Assembly (NCBI RefSeq): GCF_036321535.1
Contig: NC_087437.1
Span: 105,960,001 to 106,024,000, forward strand
DNA length: 64,000 bases
Reading direction: 5' to 3'
Source: Camelus dromedarius
Lineage: Eukaryota
Position numbers and translations under genes: made by a program. Each line of letters starts with the position of its first letter. The stretch's first letter is position 1. Shown here in pieces: positions 41,215 through 53,449 of the stretch. The notes under the pieces are model-generated. The model had not been told where the DNA came from. It saw only the letters and a program-made list of their open reading frames with translations, and ran no database searches.

Positions 41215-41234
41215 ATGAAACTGTCAGATAAAGG

Positions 41235-41620
41235 TGGTCACATAATATATGATTCCATTTATGTAACATTCTCAAAATGACAAAATTATAGAGATGGAAA
41301 ACAAATTAGTGGTTCTCAGGGGTTAAAGATGGGAGAGGGGTATGAGGACTATAAAGGAATAGCATCAAAGAGATGATTGTGGTGATGGAATAGTCCTGTA
41401 TCTTCATCGTAATGGTTTTACACGAATTTACATATGTGATAAAACGGCATTGCACCACATGTTACACGTATAGTACCAATATCAGATTCCTGGATTTGGT
41501 ATTTTACTGCAGTTACATAAGATATAACCATTGGGGAAACTGACTAATGGGTACATGGGACCTCTCCATACTACCTTTGCAACTTTCTATGAATTTATAT
41601 TTATTTTGAAATTAAGAGTT
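41235..41620 (+). mobile_element. Old L1 3' end (L1MC/L1MD-like)
   Basis: tatgattccatttatgtaacattctcaaaatgacaaaattatagagatggaaaac...accattggggaaactg...ttgcaactttctatgaat. Confidence 0.8.
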
Positions 41621-41815
41621 AAATACTATATATAAAATAGATAGACAACAAGGTCCTACTATATAGCACAGGGAACTATATTCAATATCTTGTAATAACG
41701 TATAATGAAAAAAATATAAATATATATATATATATATATAACTGAATTATACCAGAAACTAATACAACACTGTAAATCAACTAGAGTTCAATAAAAAGAA
41801 ATAAAATAAAAATAA
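41621..41815 (+). mobile_element. Young cetartiodactyl-type L1 3' tail
   Basis: aacaaggtcctactatatagcacagggaactatattcaatatcttgtaataa; same family as 12925-13375. Confidence 0.85.
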
Positions 41816-41873
41816 AATTTTTGAAGTATTTTAAGTTAATAAAAAAAAAAAAAAAGAAAGGGAGAAAACAATA

Positions 41874-41883
41874 GGGACTTTCC
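41874..41883 (+). promoter_or_regulatory. NF-kB consensus site, copy 2
   Basis: Exact GGGACTTTCC. Confidence 0.5.
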
Positions 41884-43509
41884 ATGAAACTATCAGTTAA
41901 AATATTTGAAGAGAAACCAAATCTGCTTTCGTCTGTGACCAGAGGTGACTCTTAGACTTTCGGACACATGAGTAATGTATCTCTGTCTCTTCAGCACTGA
42001 CCAGGGAAGAATCATTTCCTCCAGAAAGGATCGCCCAGTCAACTAGTGGGTGTTATATTCTTCTGATTTGATAAAATGAGACCAGAAATAATGTTTAGAA
42101 GAAAAAACAAAAAGCCAGCCACCTAACATCTATCTAAAGATTGCATTGTTTCTCATTTCTATCACGTGGCTTCTGGTTATTACTTTAGGTAAAATGAGAA
42201 ATACCTCAATTAAAAATTCAAACACTTTTCCTCAGAAATTGTTTAAAATGGTATCATTAGAGTCATACAAATGAGAATCGACACAAGGAAGTTGAAGATA
42301 TGCAGCACTTTTTCATCCTAATGGACGAAAGTACCTCTTGAGTCTTTCTTATCATCAATATCCAGGGCTCTATTATTTCTGCTGAGGTAAAATTATCTAC
42401 ATAAAGTCATTACCCAGGTCTCCTGTGTATAAGGATAATGGGAAGTGCTTCCACACTCTGCAAATGCATTATAGCCTGAAAGAATATTAACATCTTATTT
42501 TATACAAGCTCCTAATGGGAACATTTCTAAAACACTAAAATAATTACTCAAAACAACTCTCTATTCACAATTGCAACAAATTTTACAAACTTATAGATTT
42601 TGGGCAGTATTACTAATTGCATTTTGTTTCGTTAAGATGCTAGGCATTCTGATTCACTTTAAATATTCATCGAGACTGTGCATACATAGTTCGTATATCC
42701 ATGATTTAAAGATCAGCGGGGCATGATGATAAGATACATCATCGGATAAAATGTCTAAGTCCCCGCCTCCACATACTTACACCTGCAATATTTCAGCTTA
42801 AAATGATCATATAACTGGTTCTATCCTGCACTTTGCTGACACAGTTCTGGGCTCAGGCTGTGTTCTGTGGAGCCATTTTTATAAGCCATAGCTCTTCAAA
42901 CCCAAACTATAATCGAATCCATGAGTGAAAATTCAGAACTAGGCTAGGGCAAGAAAAGAAATATAGTGTTTCTAGTATTCTGATTATTTCAGGCACGTGG
43001 GTGTGAAGACCAGTGGGAGAGCAGTAGGAGGCTTCATTTCATACCCTAGGACCAAGCCACATTCTCCAACATGTTTAAAAAACACCTTGCATTTGAGGTT
43101 TAAAAAAAAAAAAGTTAATACCATGCTTCCTCACCATGTCACTCTGTTGTCTATTGCTCAAGTAGGCTAGACTCAAACTGGAAATGCTAGTGGATTACTA
43201 GAATTGGCATGGCCCCAAACCCAACAACACTTCTCTCAAATACAACAACACGAGTATAAAAAACTTGACAGTATCTTTAAGAACGATTTGAAACCTAATA
43301 AAATAGAAAAATGTTCAGGAAACATTTCAGGTTTTGTCTCTTATTGTATTTAACCTCTCTAAAAATTGAGAATTCCTATACATAGCACAGACAGAAGCTC
43401 TTCACTCCCCAAAATATTTTATTGGAATACCCCATATCTAGTACTAGTTCAGACAATTATTTTTAAATAAACGTTAGATGGACAAACGTCATTAAATGAC
43501 AGACTTTTA

Positions 43510-43860
43510 AAAAATGTCCCATTAATGGGAAAATGGATAAATAAAATGGGGCATACCATGTGATAGATTTCAAGGCAATTTAAAAAATAAAAATCTATAT
43601 CATCATGACTGTAACCCAAAAATACACTAAGTGGAGAAAGCTTATTTCAAAATATATTAAAATATGCTCTAATTTGTATAAAATTTTAAATCATACCAAA
43701 ATAATGTTTTATACTGCTCAAGAATGCTAGTTTTGTGTAAAACAATGAAACAGGAACATAAGTTAAGTTTATGATAAAGGTTTCTTTTGGAGAAGGGGAA
43801 AAAAGGATAAATTGGGGGTGGTGATTTAAGGACATTTCAGATTCAGATGCTGCATTTTTC
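43510..43860 (+). mobile_element. Degraded L1ME-like 3' fragment
   Basis: aaatgtcccattaatgggaaaatggataaataaaatgg. Confidence 0.5.
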
Positions 43861-45108
43861 AGTCATTTAAAATATGTAGCAACTTTTTTAATTAAAAAGT
43901 TAAGATTCAATTCATGACCTGCAAAAAAAAAATGACAATTACCTCTTAACAAGCTTCTTCCTCTCAAGCACCCTTGCATTTCATCTTATACTTTTCTTTT
44001 TAAGAACCATTCGCTGAGTATTATAAACCAAAATAAAAAAGGTATTTTGAAAACTATACAAATAAAAGATAAATCTGTTCTAGGCTGCTCTTAGTCTGTA
44101 TATTTTCATGAAAACATAATGACTTATCTGACAAAATAAGAAATATTTCTTGTTATGGTTATTTTGAACATTCTTTTCTTGCTCTTAGAAGGGCTAACTG
44201 AGATTGTCTGGAATACATGGTATCCCACCACTAAAGCTGTACAAGTCAAAAGTGAACAGATAATCCGCTAAGAGAGAAAACAGTCAGCCTGCCCCTGTCT
44301 GATTCCCAGGGAAGATCCAAGTTTAACCTAAGGATGTGGTACAACTCACTGCCCCAGTCAGCAGGCACCAGAAGTGGAGGTCGCTTCACTCTCCAAATAA
44401 GAGCTCCAGACTAGAGTGCGAGCAGGTGTTTCACTTCCAGACCGTCTACACCACGAGTGACTTAGCAGGACCACAGTTGTCCTGGTTAAAGCACTGCTCA
44501 CTTGGAAACAACACGCATGTTGGTTGTATATCCTGTACCACTCTTTCCTAGGGATCTGTTGTGTCTCCTCTCTCAATCTTCCATTCCATAGTGAACCTCG
44601 GGCCCTGAGTCTAGACTCAACTGTGAGTCCCTAACTTCTGTTGTCTGGCCCACCAATGTCTTCCTAATAAGCCTGGTCTGCCTGGACTAGGCAATTATGG
44701 AATACCGCAAAAGTCTTAATCGGTTTCTGAATCAAACAAAAACCCACTCCACACAACTCATGCGTCATACATATGTTACTGTATTCCTAACCTCTGAGAA
44801 TTAGTTGCATTTTAAAACATGTGGAGTTACCCTTTTACCAAAATTATTATAGTAAAACATTGCACACATTTATGACATCTGAATAGTGACTGACAAGTAA
44901 ATAAGAACCAGGGTAGACCCCAGCCAGCAAGTCCTACTCCAGTGCTCCCAAGGGTCCTGCCTCTTGCTCTGTCTACGTTGAACCACACCCTGGGTATAAC
45001 CCCCATTCTGCGGTCTGACTCTAGGATCTCCACTTTCTATCGTACGTCTTGTAGTTGCATAGAGAGAAGTGTTCTAGATACATATCTTCTGATATAAAAA
45101 TGTACTTT

Positions 45109-45845
45109 CTTTATTGAAGTACAGTTGATTTACAATGTTGTGTTAGTTTCTGGTGTACAGCATGGTGATTCTGTTATACATATAGATGTATATGTTCCTT
45201 TTCATAATTTTTTACTATAGGTTACTATAAGATATTAAATATAGCTCCCTGTGCTATACAATAGGATCTTACTGTTTATCTATTTTGTATACAGTAGTTA
45301 GTATCTGCAAATCCCCAATTCCTAATTTATTCCTCCTCCCCTCTTTCCCCTTTAGAAACCATAAGTTTGTTTTCTATGTCTGCAAGTCTGTTTCTATTTT
45401 GTAAATAAGCTCATTTGTATCATTTTTTTAGATTCCACATATAAATATATGATATTTGTCTTCCTGTGTCCAACTTACTTCACTTAGTATGATGATCTCC
45501 AGGTCCATCCATGTTGCTGCAAATGGCATTATTTCATCCTTTTTTATGACTGAGTAGTATTCTATTGCGTATGTACACCACATCTCCTTTATCCAGTCAT
45601 CTGGTTGCTTCCATGTTCTGGCTGCTGTAAATAGTGTTGCTGTGAACGTTGGGATGTGTGTATCTTTTCAAATTGGACTTTTTGCTTTTCCAGATGTGTG
45701 CCCAGGAGTGGGATTGCTGGATCATATGATAAGTCTATTTTTAGTTTTTTAAGGAATCTCCATACTGTTTTCCATAGTGGCTGCACCAAATTACATTCCT
45801 ACCAACAGTGTAGGAGGGTTCCCTTTTCTCCACACCCTCTCCAGC
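45109..45845 (-). mobile_element. Young L1, ORF2 C-terminus plus 3' UTR, 5'-truncated
   Basis: Minus [32 protein letters not shown] is the L1 ORF2p C-terminal motif; TSD taaaaatgtacttt (45095-45108) and taaaaatgcacttt (45846-45859). Confidence 0.95.
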
Positions 45846-46354
45846 TAAAAATGCACTTTTAATCTCTGGTAGAATGTTAAAATAGGATTGAGAGTGACAT
45901 CTACGTATATGCATCATTTTTATAAAATGCATTTAATGTACATTAAATTATATTTTAATCTCCTTGATTATAGCAACGGCATTTGGTTGCCCTTTTTGCA
46001 AGGGACAAGGGTCTCTGTAACCACAAGCCTGCCTGACTATACATCTCCATTCCTGACACAAGAAGGAATTAGACCACAGGAGTCAACTAGACCCCACACC
46101 CTGTTGACTGAGGAATGTAAACCAAGAAAGGATCAGCACGCAAACACCACAACCACACCTATTTTAGAACCTTGGCAACAGGTCGACGGGGTGAGCTTTT
46201 GAAAAGTGTGTAAAGGCTCTAGGTTCAAACATTTGCCTATGTCTCAGTGCCATGAAGGCCCTTCTGGGGCTCATAAGGCTTTGTGCCCTTTAAGAGAATT
46301 CCATCAGCACGTAGCATCCCCAGAAAGATACCACACTCACTCTAAATCCTTGTC

Positions 46355-46796
46355 ACTGAGGCAGACACAGAGACGCACCACTCAGATCCCCCTCATGAAA
46401 GGACTCCCTCCCCAGCAAGGAGTGCAGTGGGCTGTCTCCAGCTGTTAGCAGTTTCACACTCACCTCAGCACTGGGGACCAGGTCACACTCTTCTCAGTGT
46501 GTGGCGGCTGTAGCCACTCATCAAGGTGTTGGCAGCCAAGGTCATGTTTGTCTCGGGACACTCCCAGCCAATGAACGAGCGAGGCAGGGCTGCAAAAGAC
46601 CTCATCATTTCGACCCAGGGCCAGACTCCTCTAAGGGGCAAACTTTATTCTGGGACGCCCTGTCAGGCTGGCAGATTTATAGCATCTGCTCAACCCCACT
46701 TCATCTCTCTTCTTTCACAGGCATCTCTCCCAAAAAACCTCTTGTACTCCAACCTCTATCTCAGCTTCTGCCTCCTGGAGAACTCACCCTGCAACA
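46355..46796 (+). mobile_element. LTR16-like ERVL LTR
   Basis: caccactcagatcccc near the start; end aaacctcttgtactccaacctctatctcagcttctgcctcctggagaactcaccctgcaaca. Confidence 0.75.
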
Positions 46797-47900
46797 GACC
46801 ATGTCATGTCAGATGGGATTTATGACAATGTCACAAAGCTCACAAAAGACTACACTGGGCTGACTCACAAAACTTTGGTGGAAACAGTAGGGGAAACAGG
46901 GACGGGCCATGGTGTTGCTATCATTGTCAGGAACAAACAGAAAGAAAATGCATCAAAACCCTACTATCTGCCAGGAACTTTACAAATGTTATAATCATTC
47001 AATCTTTCTGACTATTTTTTGAAATAGGTATTCTACCCAGATTTGATAGATCAAATTTTTCACAAATATTTTTTCACACCTTCCTGCAGGACGTGTCTGC
47101 ACCACGAAGTTACCTGCCCTCAAAGGTGCAGATATGACATTAGCAATTGAAGTAGAAGGTGATGAGTGACCTGAAGTGTGGAGCAAATGGTCACCTCTCT
47201 GGCCTGAGAGTTGAGAGTAGTTTCCAAGAGGAATTAACACCTGGTTTGGCTCATGAAGCACAAAGACCCATTTCACCTGGGCTAGCCAGTGAAAAAAGGT
47301 GGACAGGGTAGTTCACACCAGGGTCCTCCATATACAGCTGGGAGGAGACCCCAAAGTTTAACTCCCAGATTCCTGGTAAGAGGTGAAGCCACAGTTCAGA
47401 TCTAGTCTTGACTCCAAAGATCATATTTAGTTCACTTCCATCAAAGTTCAAGACTGAAAATGGCAGTAGATGGATGTGAAATTGTCTCTCCATTTTTCAC
47501 AGGTGTGTGAGTCAGTGCTCACCACTTTGATTCTCCAAGCCTTGCTCCCCTTGTCCTGTTGTTCCCATTAGGAACAAAATCAAGTCCAAGTAAACAGCTG
47601 ACAGCGATAACCCAGACAGAGCTATGAAGGTCTTCTCTGGCTGCTAAAACTTCTCTGGTGGCTAGTCAAGTTGAGAGCAAAAATTCTTTCTGAGCTAGAA
47701 AGTCACTCACCGACCGTGAAGACTTCTGGAAGATTATACCTAACCCTCGGCTATTCCATTGCTCACACTAAACGCTGACCTGCTCATGTATGGCAACAAA
47801 GAAATATTTTGGCTAGTGATTGAGTACTCTTTCAGTACAACATTACAGCCCTCATGCTTTTAATAATTATTACTTTTGTTGTTCTGATATGCTAATTTTA

Positions 47901-48602
47901 TTTTATTTTATTTTTTGGAATTAGAGTTGACTTACAATGTGATAGTTTCAGATGTACAACAAAGTGATTCACTTACACACACACACACATACACATATAT
48001 ACATATTATATATATATATATATATTCTTTTTCAGATTCTTTTCCATTATAGATTATTACAATATATTAGATATAATTCCCTGTGCTATACAATAGGTCC
48101 CTGTCATTTATTTATTTTATATATTATAGTTTGTATCTGCTAATCTCAAACTCCCAATTTATCCCTCCCCCACTTCATCTTTGGTAAACATAAATTTATT
48201 TTCTACGTCTGTGAACCTCTTTCTGCTTTGTAAATAAGTTCATTTATTTTTTTTTTTTTTTTAGATTCCACATGTAAGTGATATCATATGATATTTGTCT
48301 TTCTCTGTCTGAGTCACTTCACTCAATATGATAATCTCTAGGTCCATCTCTATTGCTGAAAATGACATTTTTCATCTTCTTATGTCTGAATAGTATTCTA
48401 CTTTCTATATACATATACTTTATAAATATATATATACACACACACACACACATCTTCTTTTTTCATTCATCTGTTGATGAACACTTAGGTTGCTTCCATG
48501 TCTTGGTTATTGTAAATAGTGCTGCCATGAACATTGGGGTATATGTATCTTTTCAAATTAGAGTTTTCATCTTTTCTGGATATGTGCCCAGGAGTGGAAT
48601 TG
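47901..48602 (-). mobile_element. Young L1 3' end with internal (CA)/(TA) microsatellites
   Basis: Same family as 45109-45845; TSD ctgatatgctaatttta (47884-47900) and ctgaaatgctaatttta (48603-48619). Confidence 0.93.
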
Positions 48603-49439
48603 CTGAAATGCTAATTTTAAATGATTGCTTAAATCTCATAGAATAAACAATGTTTTGCCTTGCCAGAATAATGGAAATAGTTTCATAATTCAATGTTTTG
48701 CTAACGCAAATTATCTCTTCAAGACTCACCCCAAATGTTTCAGAGAGGAAACCAACCAATTTTTATTAGGGAATGTCAATACACAACTAGAATATAAAAT
48801 TGGGGAACTGATAATAAAACGCCCTCAGTGCAAACACTGACTTCAGCAGTTGATGGATTCTATTAGCAGAGTCATTTTGACACTGGCTTCCAGGTGGATC
48901 ATGATTAATCACGAATCCTGTGAGACACTAATTCATCATTAACTGAGTAAATAAATATTTTTACATCTTTAATTTCAATACCTAAATCAACCAGAGAAAA
49001 ATTACTTTTTTAAGTAAGTTGGTGATGAGGACTTTCTTCTGTAGAACTAAAGGCCTATGTTGGCCAAGAAAGAATCCAGGTATCACATTGGAACCATAGC
49101 ACAGGCCTGGATATTGAAAGCAAGAAGAAGGGACCACAGCCTGACTGAGGTTATGGCAGAGTTCCTGGTGTCCAAAGAGGCTGACTCTGAACTCAGAGTA
49201 GGGACTCAGGTGAGCTAGGAGCTGTCATGGAACATTGGCTTTGATGTGATGGGCACCAAAAGGATAATTAGGCATTGATGTGATGCCATTTTATGTGATG
49301 CAGTTTAAGTAGAAGGACCCAGAAGTGATGGGCTGGGCATTATAAGCTGAACCAGACTCTGAGGGGGTCAGCTACTCTGCCACCAACCACTATGGGTGGG
49401 ATCTGTCCAGGGGGTCATCCAAGATGGTGATTCTTGAAG

Positions 49440-49598
49440 ATGGGTCAGAATGAATAAGTCTGCTTGTTTAAAGTGCAGCTTCCCTGACCCAACCCCAGAA
49501 ATTCTGATTCAATAAGGCATGGATGGAACCCAGTAATCTGAATTTTTCAAACTTGCCAGGTGATTCTGTTGTAGGTTTCTGATGAGAAACCATGGTCT
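49440..49598. mobile_element. MER5A-like MITE
   Basis: ccccagaaattctgattcaataagg...aatctgaattttt...ccaggtgattct. Confidence 0.65.
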
Positions 49599-49849
49599 AA
49601 GGTGGTAACTGTGAAATAAAAAAGATAAAAATATTATCTTATGCCTGGCAGAATGAACCATGAGATACATAATGCAATAAAATAAAGCTTAATGGCATGA
49701 ACAGAAAGACAGAATTTTACCACCCTCTCTCACTCTGGCTGCACTTTGAGTAAGGATAAGTGCCCAATTATGTTGTCTCCAATTTTCAAGGGCCATTAAG
49801 AAATTGAAAAAAAAAACACTTTGCAATTTTTCAATTTCAAAAATTTCAA

Positions 49850-49942
49850 CTCCACATATAAGTGATATCATACCATATTTTTCTTTCTCTTTCTGTCTTA
49901 CTTCACTTAGAATGATGATCTCCAGGTCCATCTATGTTGCTC
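49850..49942 (-). mobile_element. Short L1 ORF2-end fragment
   Basis: Minus ORF MDLEIIILSEVRQKEKEKYGMISLICG. Confidence 0.85.
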
Positions 49943-50014
49943 CAAAGACTACTTTGACTTAAAAATAAAGAAAACAAAATGTTCAACTCACTTTAACATA
50001 CCAACTGAATGCAT

Positions 50015-50275
50015 AAGAGGTATGGTAGTGGAATGGATATTGGATACAATAAGAAAAGAAAAACTGGATTCAAATCTTAGTTCCATCTCGAGTTAAATTG
50101 ATCATACTGACTTGTTACTAAAATCTCAGCATCTCAATTTCCTTCACTATAATCTTGGAATAATAATACCTGTGGAGAACGACTGTTTTAACAATTAAAT
50201 GAGGAGTATATGCACGCTGTAAGCCTAGGATCTGGTACACAAAAGAAACTGTAAATTTTTTGGATGAATAGATGA
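50015..50275 (+). mobile_element. MIR SINE
   Basis: ctggattcaaatcttagttcc...tctcaatttccttcactataa...ataataatacct. Confidence 0.65.
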
Positions 50276-50599
50276 CTAAACAAACATTTGGGTGGATGAG
50301 AAGCTCTTTTGAAATTAAATGAATGCTGAAAATATTGACTGACATGATGGGTAAGCTTTCAAGTTAGAAACATAAGGAATTTTTCTTTATTTTCAATTAC
50401 CAATGTATTTCTTTTTTCCAATGCGTTTTTACCCACTAGGAACACAAGTGTCATCATTCTTTATTTTTATCCAGCTTTGCTTTGATTTTCTACACAGCCT
50501 TGGTGTAAATCACCCAAAATACCATTTAAACTATAGACCAGCAGAGCCTAGCAGACTTCGGATTCAGGGCTGTTGAACCAGATGGGAAAACTAACTCAT

Positions 50600-51115
50600 T
50601 CATTTGGCTTTCGTTTTGTATGCCCCTCGCATCTTCGTCAGTCCTTTCATTAATTTCCAGAGCATGGTCTGTGAGCAGTCACACAGGAGTTCACCATTGA
50701 ATGGGGCTGTCTGTCTTCCACGTTAACTCTTCAAATGGCTTCATTTTTTAGGCACAGCCATCTCATCTTGATTTCACTGGGAGCGAGGCAGTCCTGGCAT
50801 TTCCCTGCTCGCAGCCCGTTTATTCCCAGACACGTGCTGCAGCATACCTTAAGTTCACCTTCTGCGGAGTTGCTATTGAGGCGCAGAACCATGCGCAGTT
50901 GGCTGGCGTCGTGCCCTCCAAACGGGACGAAGAATCATGCAGACAAAAGGACAGGCAGGGGGAAAGGTACACTTTCCAATCTGTGACATCCACTTGACGC
51001 CGTGGAAATCCCCAAGCTTTCCCCAGGAAAAGAAGAGATGGTGTGACTTGGAGGTCGGACAGCCATTTCCTATGTTTACATAATTTCACTCGTGTGGCTT
51101 GATGTTCTCTACGAC
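50600..51115. promoter_or_regulatory. CpG-retaining candidate enhancer with an NF-kB site
   Basis: Locally high CpG density; GGAAATCCCC at 51004-51013. Confidence 0.4.
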
Positions 51116-51237
51116 GGCATAGGTTTTACTGTAATCTTTATTTTAAAGAGGAGGAAATGGAGGCACAACAAGGTTTTATAAATTACCCCGAGCCACACGG
51201 CCGGCAAGTTGCAGAGCAGGGATGGACATCACTTTCT

Positions 51238-51601
51238 TAGTCTCAGTCCGCTCAGGTTGCTGTAACAAAATACAGGCTGGGTGGCTTATAAAGCATAGAA
51301 ATGCATTTCTCTCAATTCCGAAGGCTGGGAAGTCTAAGGTCCAGGCAGCAGCATGGCTGCTTTGTGATGAGGGCCCCTCCTGGTTCACCGCTGGCATCTT
51401 CTCGCTGTGGTCCACACGTGGTGAAGCGAGGGGCTAGCTCCTCGAGACTCCTTTATAAGGACATCACTCTCATTCCTGAGGCCTGAGATCTCTTCACCTA
51501 AGCACTTCCTGAAGACCCCACCTCCTCCTCATTCCATCATATTGGGTGTTAGGATTTCAACATAGGAACTTTGAGGTGACACTAACATTCAGACCATAGC
51601 A
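51238..51601 (-). mobile_element. MLT1A-like MaLR LTR
   Basis: gctgtaacaaaatac...ggctgggaagtctaaggtcc...ttaggatttcaacatagg...acattcagaccatagca; preceded by a reverse MIR piece at about 51120-51235. Confidence 0.85.
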
Positions 51602-52119
51602 TTCTTCTAACTCCAAATCCCAGATTCCTTCCAAAATGACAATATTTCTCCATAGGCAGATCTGACCCTAGGCTTAGCAGAGTGCTTAGAAGAGGAGGAA
51701 GTGAGACAGGGCCAGAGCAAACGCAGTTTTCCAGAATCAACCGGTATAATTGGATTCAAATAAACCCCCCTCATCGTGTTCTGCTCAGAGAGGCACACAG
51801 TGAGTGCAACCTTATTAATGAATGGCCAGTCACTAGCCATAGGAGATTCACTTTTTCAGACAGTCACCATTGCCTCCTTACTTCAATTTAGCCATAGACA
51901 TCTGACAGATGCCCAGGCAAATGGTACTGTGGGATCGTGGGCTGCTCTGAGCACTTTTCAGTCCTATTTGGTTGCATTCCCTTTGGACCTGAGTGTTCTG
52001 AAGCTAATTGGGTTGCAGTAACTCCTTGATTAGGAGTTGTTGCACACCGTTGAGATTTCACTTAACACACAACAGCATTTGTTCTAAGTAAACTTGGACT
52101 AATCCCCAGTTCAAAGCAT

Positions 52120-52650
52120 TCTGCAGATAAAACGCCCACAAACATAACCCTCCCGGACTCCCTTGGATAAAGGCTGCAGTAGATTCATTTTTATCTTACA
52201 CCTAGTTCATGTAAACCGCGCTTCTGTGAATAACCGCGGAACGTGTTCAGCTGAAGGATTACGTGCACCGCGGTCTCGGGTAAACCTCAGAGGATCTTGT
52301 CTACCTTATTTATTACGGTCTGGCTGGCAAAGTCCTTATATAAATGAAGCACGGACTTCTCTACCGGCAGCTGAGACTACCTTATTGAACATTTGATTAA
52401 CTGCCTCAGACGCATTTTCCGGGCTCGGGAAATTGCTAAACACACCAGGTAGTCTGAGCTGGAGCAGGAGATGAAGCATTTTGGGATCAAAGCGAAACTC
52501 CCCCTAGACACGCAGGGAAGTACAGCTAATGCTGACTCTTAGAGGAAGACCTCCGCGGCCTCCTCACGCCATGTGCCCTCCTCACGCCATGCGCCCCAGC
52601 GGAGGGTGTGGTTTCCGTCCTTTCACTTCCTGTCTCTCTCCCCACCAGCT
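52120..52650. promoter_or_regulatory. Weak CpG-island-like candidate enhancer or promoter
   Basis: Roughly 25 CpGs in about 500 bp by eye; GATA, RUNX (TGTGGTT) and ETS (CACTTCCTG) motifs. Confidence 0.45.
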
Positions 52651-52759
52651 CCTGCTGAACAACCCACTCCTCATCAACTCTGCCACGAGAGAGGAATGGC
52701 AAATCACCAGAAATGGAGATGTTTACGAGCACATCTGGATGAGGTGCCTTAAATATTAA
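52649..52759 (+). CDS. Candidate terminal exon (LLLNNPLLINSATREEWQITRNGDVYEHIWMRCLKY*)
   Basis: Strong acceptor ctttcacttcctgtctctctccccaccAG|, 36 codons open in phase 0, ATTAAA at 52755-52760 overlapping the stop; no homology recognised. Confidence 0.2.
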   Translation, partial: LLLNNPLLINSATREEWQITRNGDVYEHIWMRCLKY

Positions 52760-53449
52760 AGTGTCCTTCAAGAGCATCCGTGAAAGCTCTCTGCTTTTTC
52801 CTCCTCCCTTCCAGATTTGCGTAGTAAGCAGACCCAGGCAAGGTCTGACTCTTTAGAATATCTCTTTCAGCTTTCTCTCTCTTTCTCTCTCTTTCTCCCT
52901 CATTCTCTTCTTTCTCTTCCACTGAGCATGCAATTGAATAACATTCGATTCAAGGGGGGAAAAAGAGAGCCCTTCCTTTGGTTTAACTCATGAGCCTGTA
53001 TTTAGGGATATTAATAAATTCACACTTCGCTATAGTGGATGCATTCTACTTTTCTTTTGAGGATTAATCCTCGAGTTCATCATTCCCCTCCTCGGGTACA
53101 CTTCAGGGAGAATTTCTAGATGGCAGAGTTGTATCCACTCATTCTCGGGACCTCAACACCTTTAAAATATACACAACATCTCTAAACTTCAGCATAATCA
53201 TTATACTTCATTCTACTCAATCAGTCACTAGGCCGACTGCTGATGAGGAAATCCCGAAGTGAAGGAAACTAAATGTGTGATGGGAGTTAGTTGGGGAAAA
53301 CTGAAAGTCAAATCACCTATGACCTGATAATGGCCTCCTAATTCCAATATTTTACTTAGTGAAATTACACCCACCATGATGAGTATTACCTCTGTCACCC
53401 CATCTCCAACGGCACCCACCCCACCCCCACCGTCAAAAGTAGCTCCACA

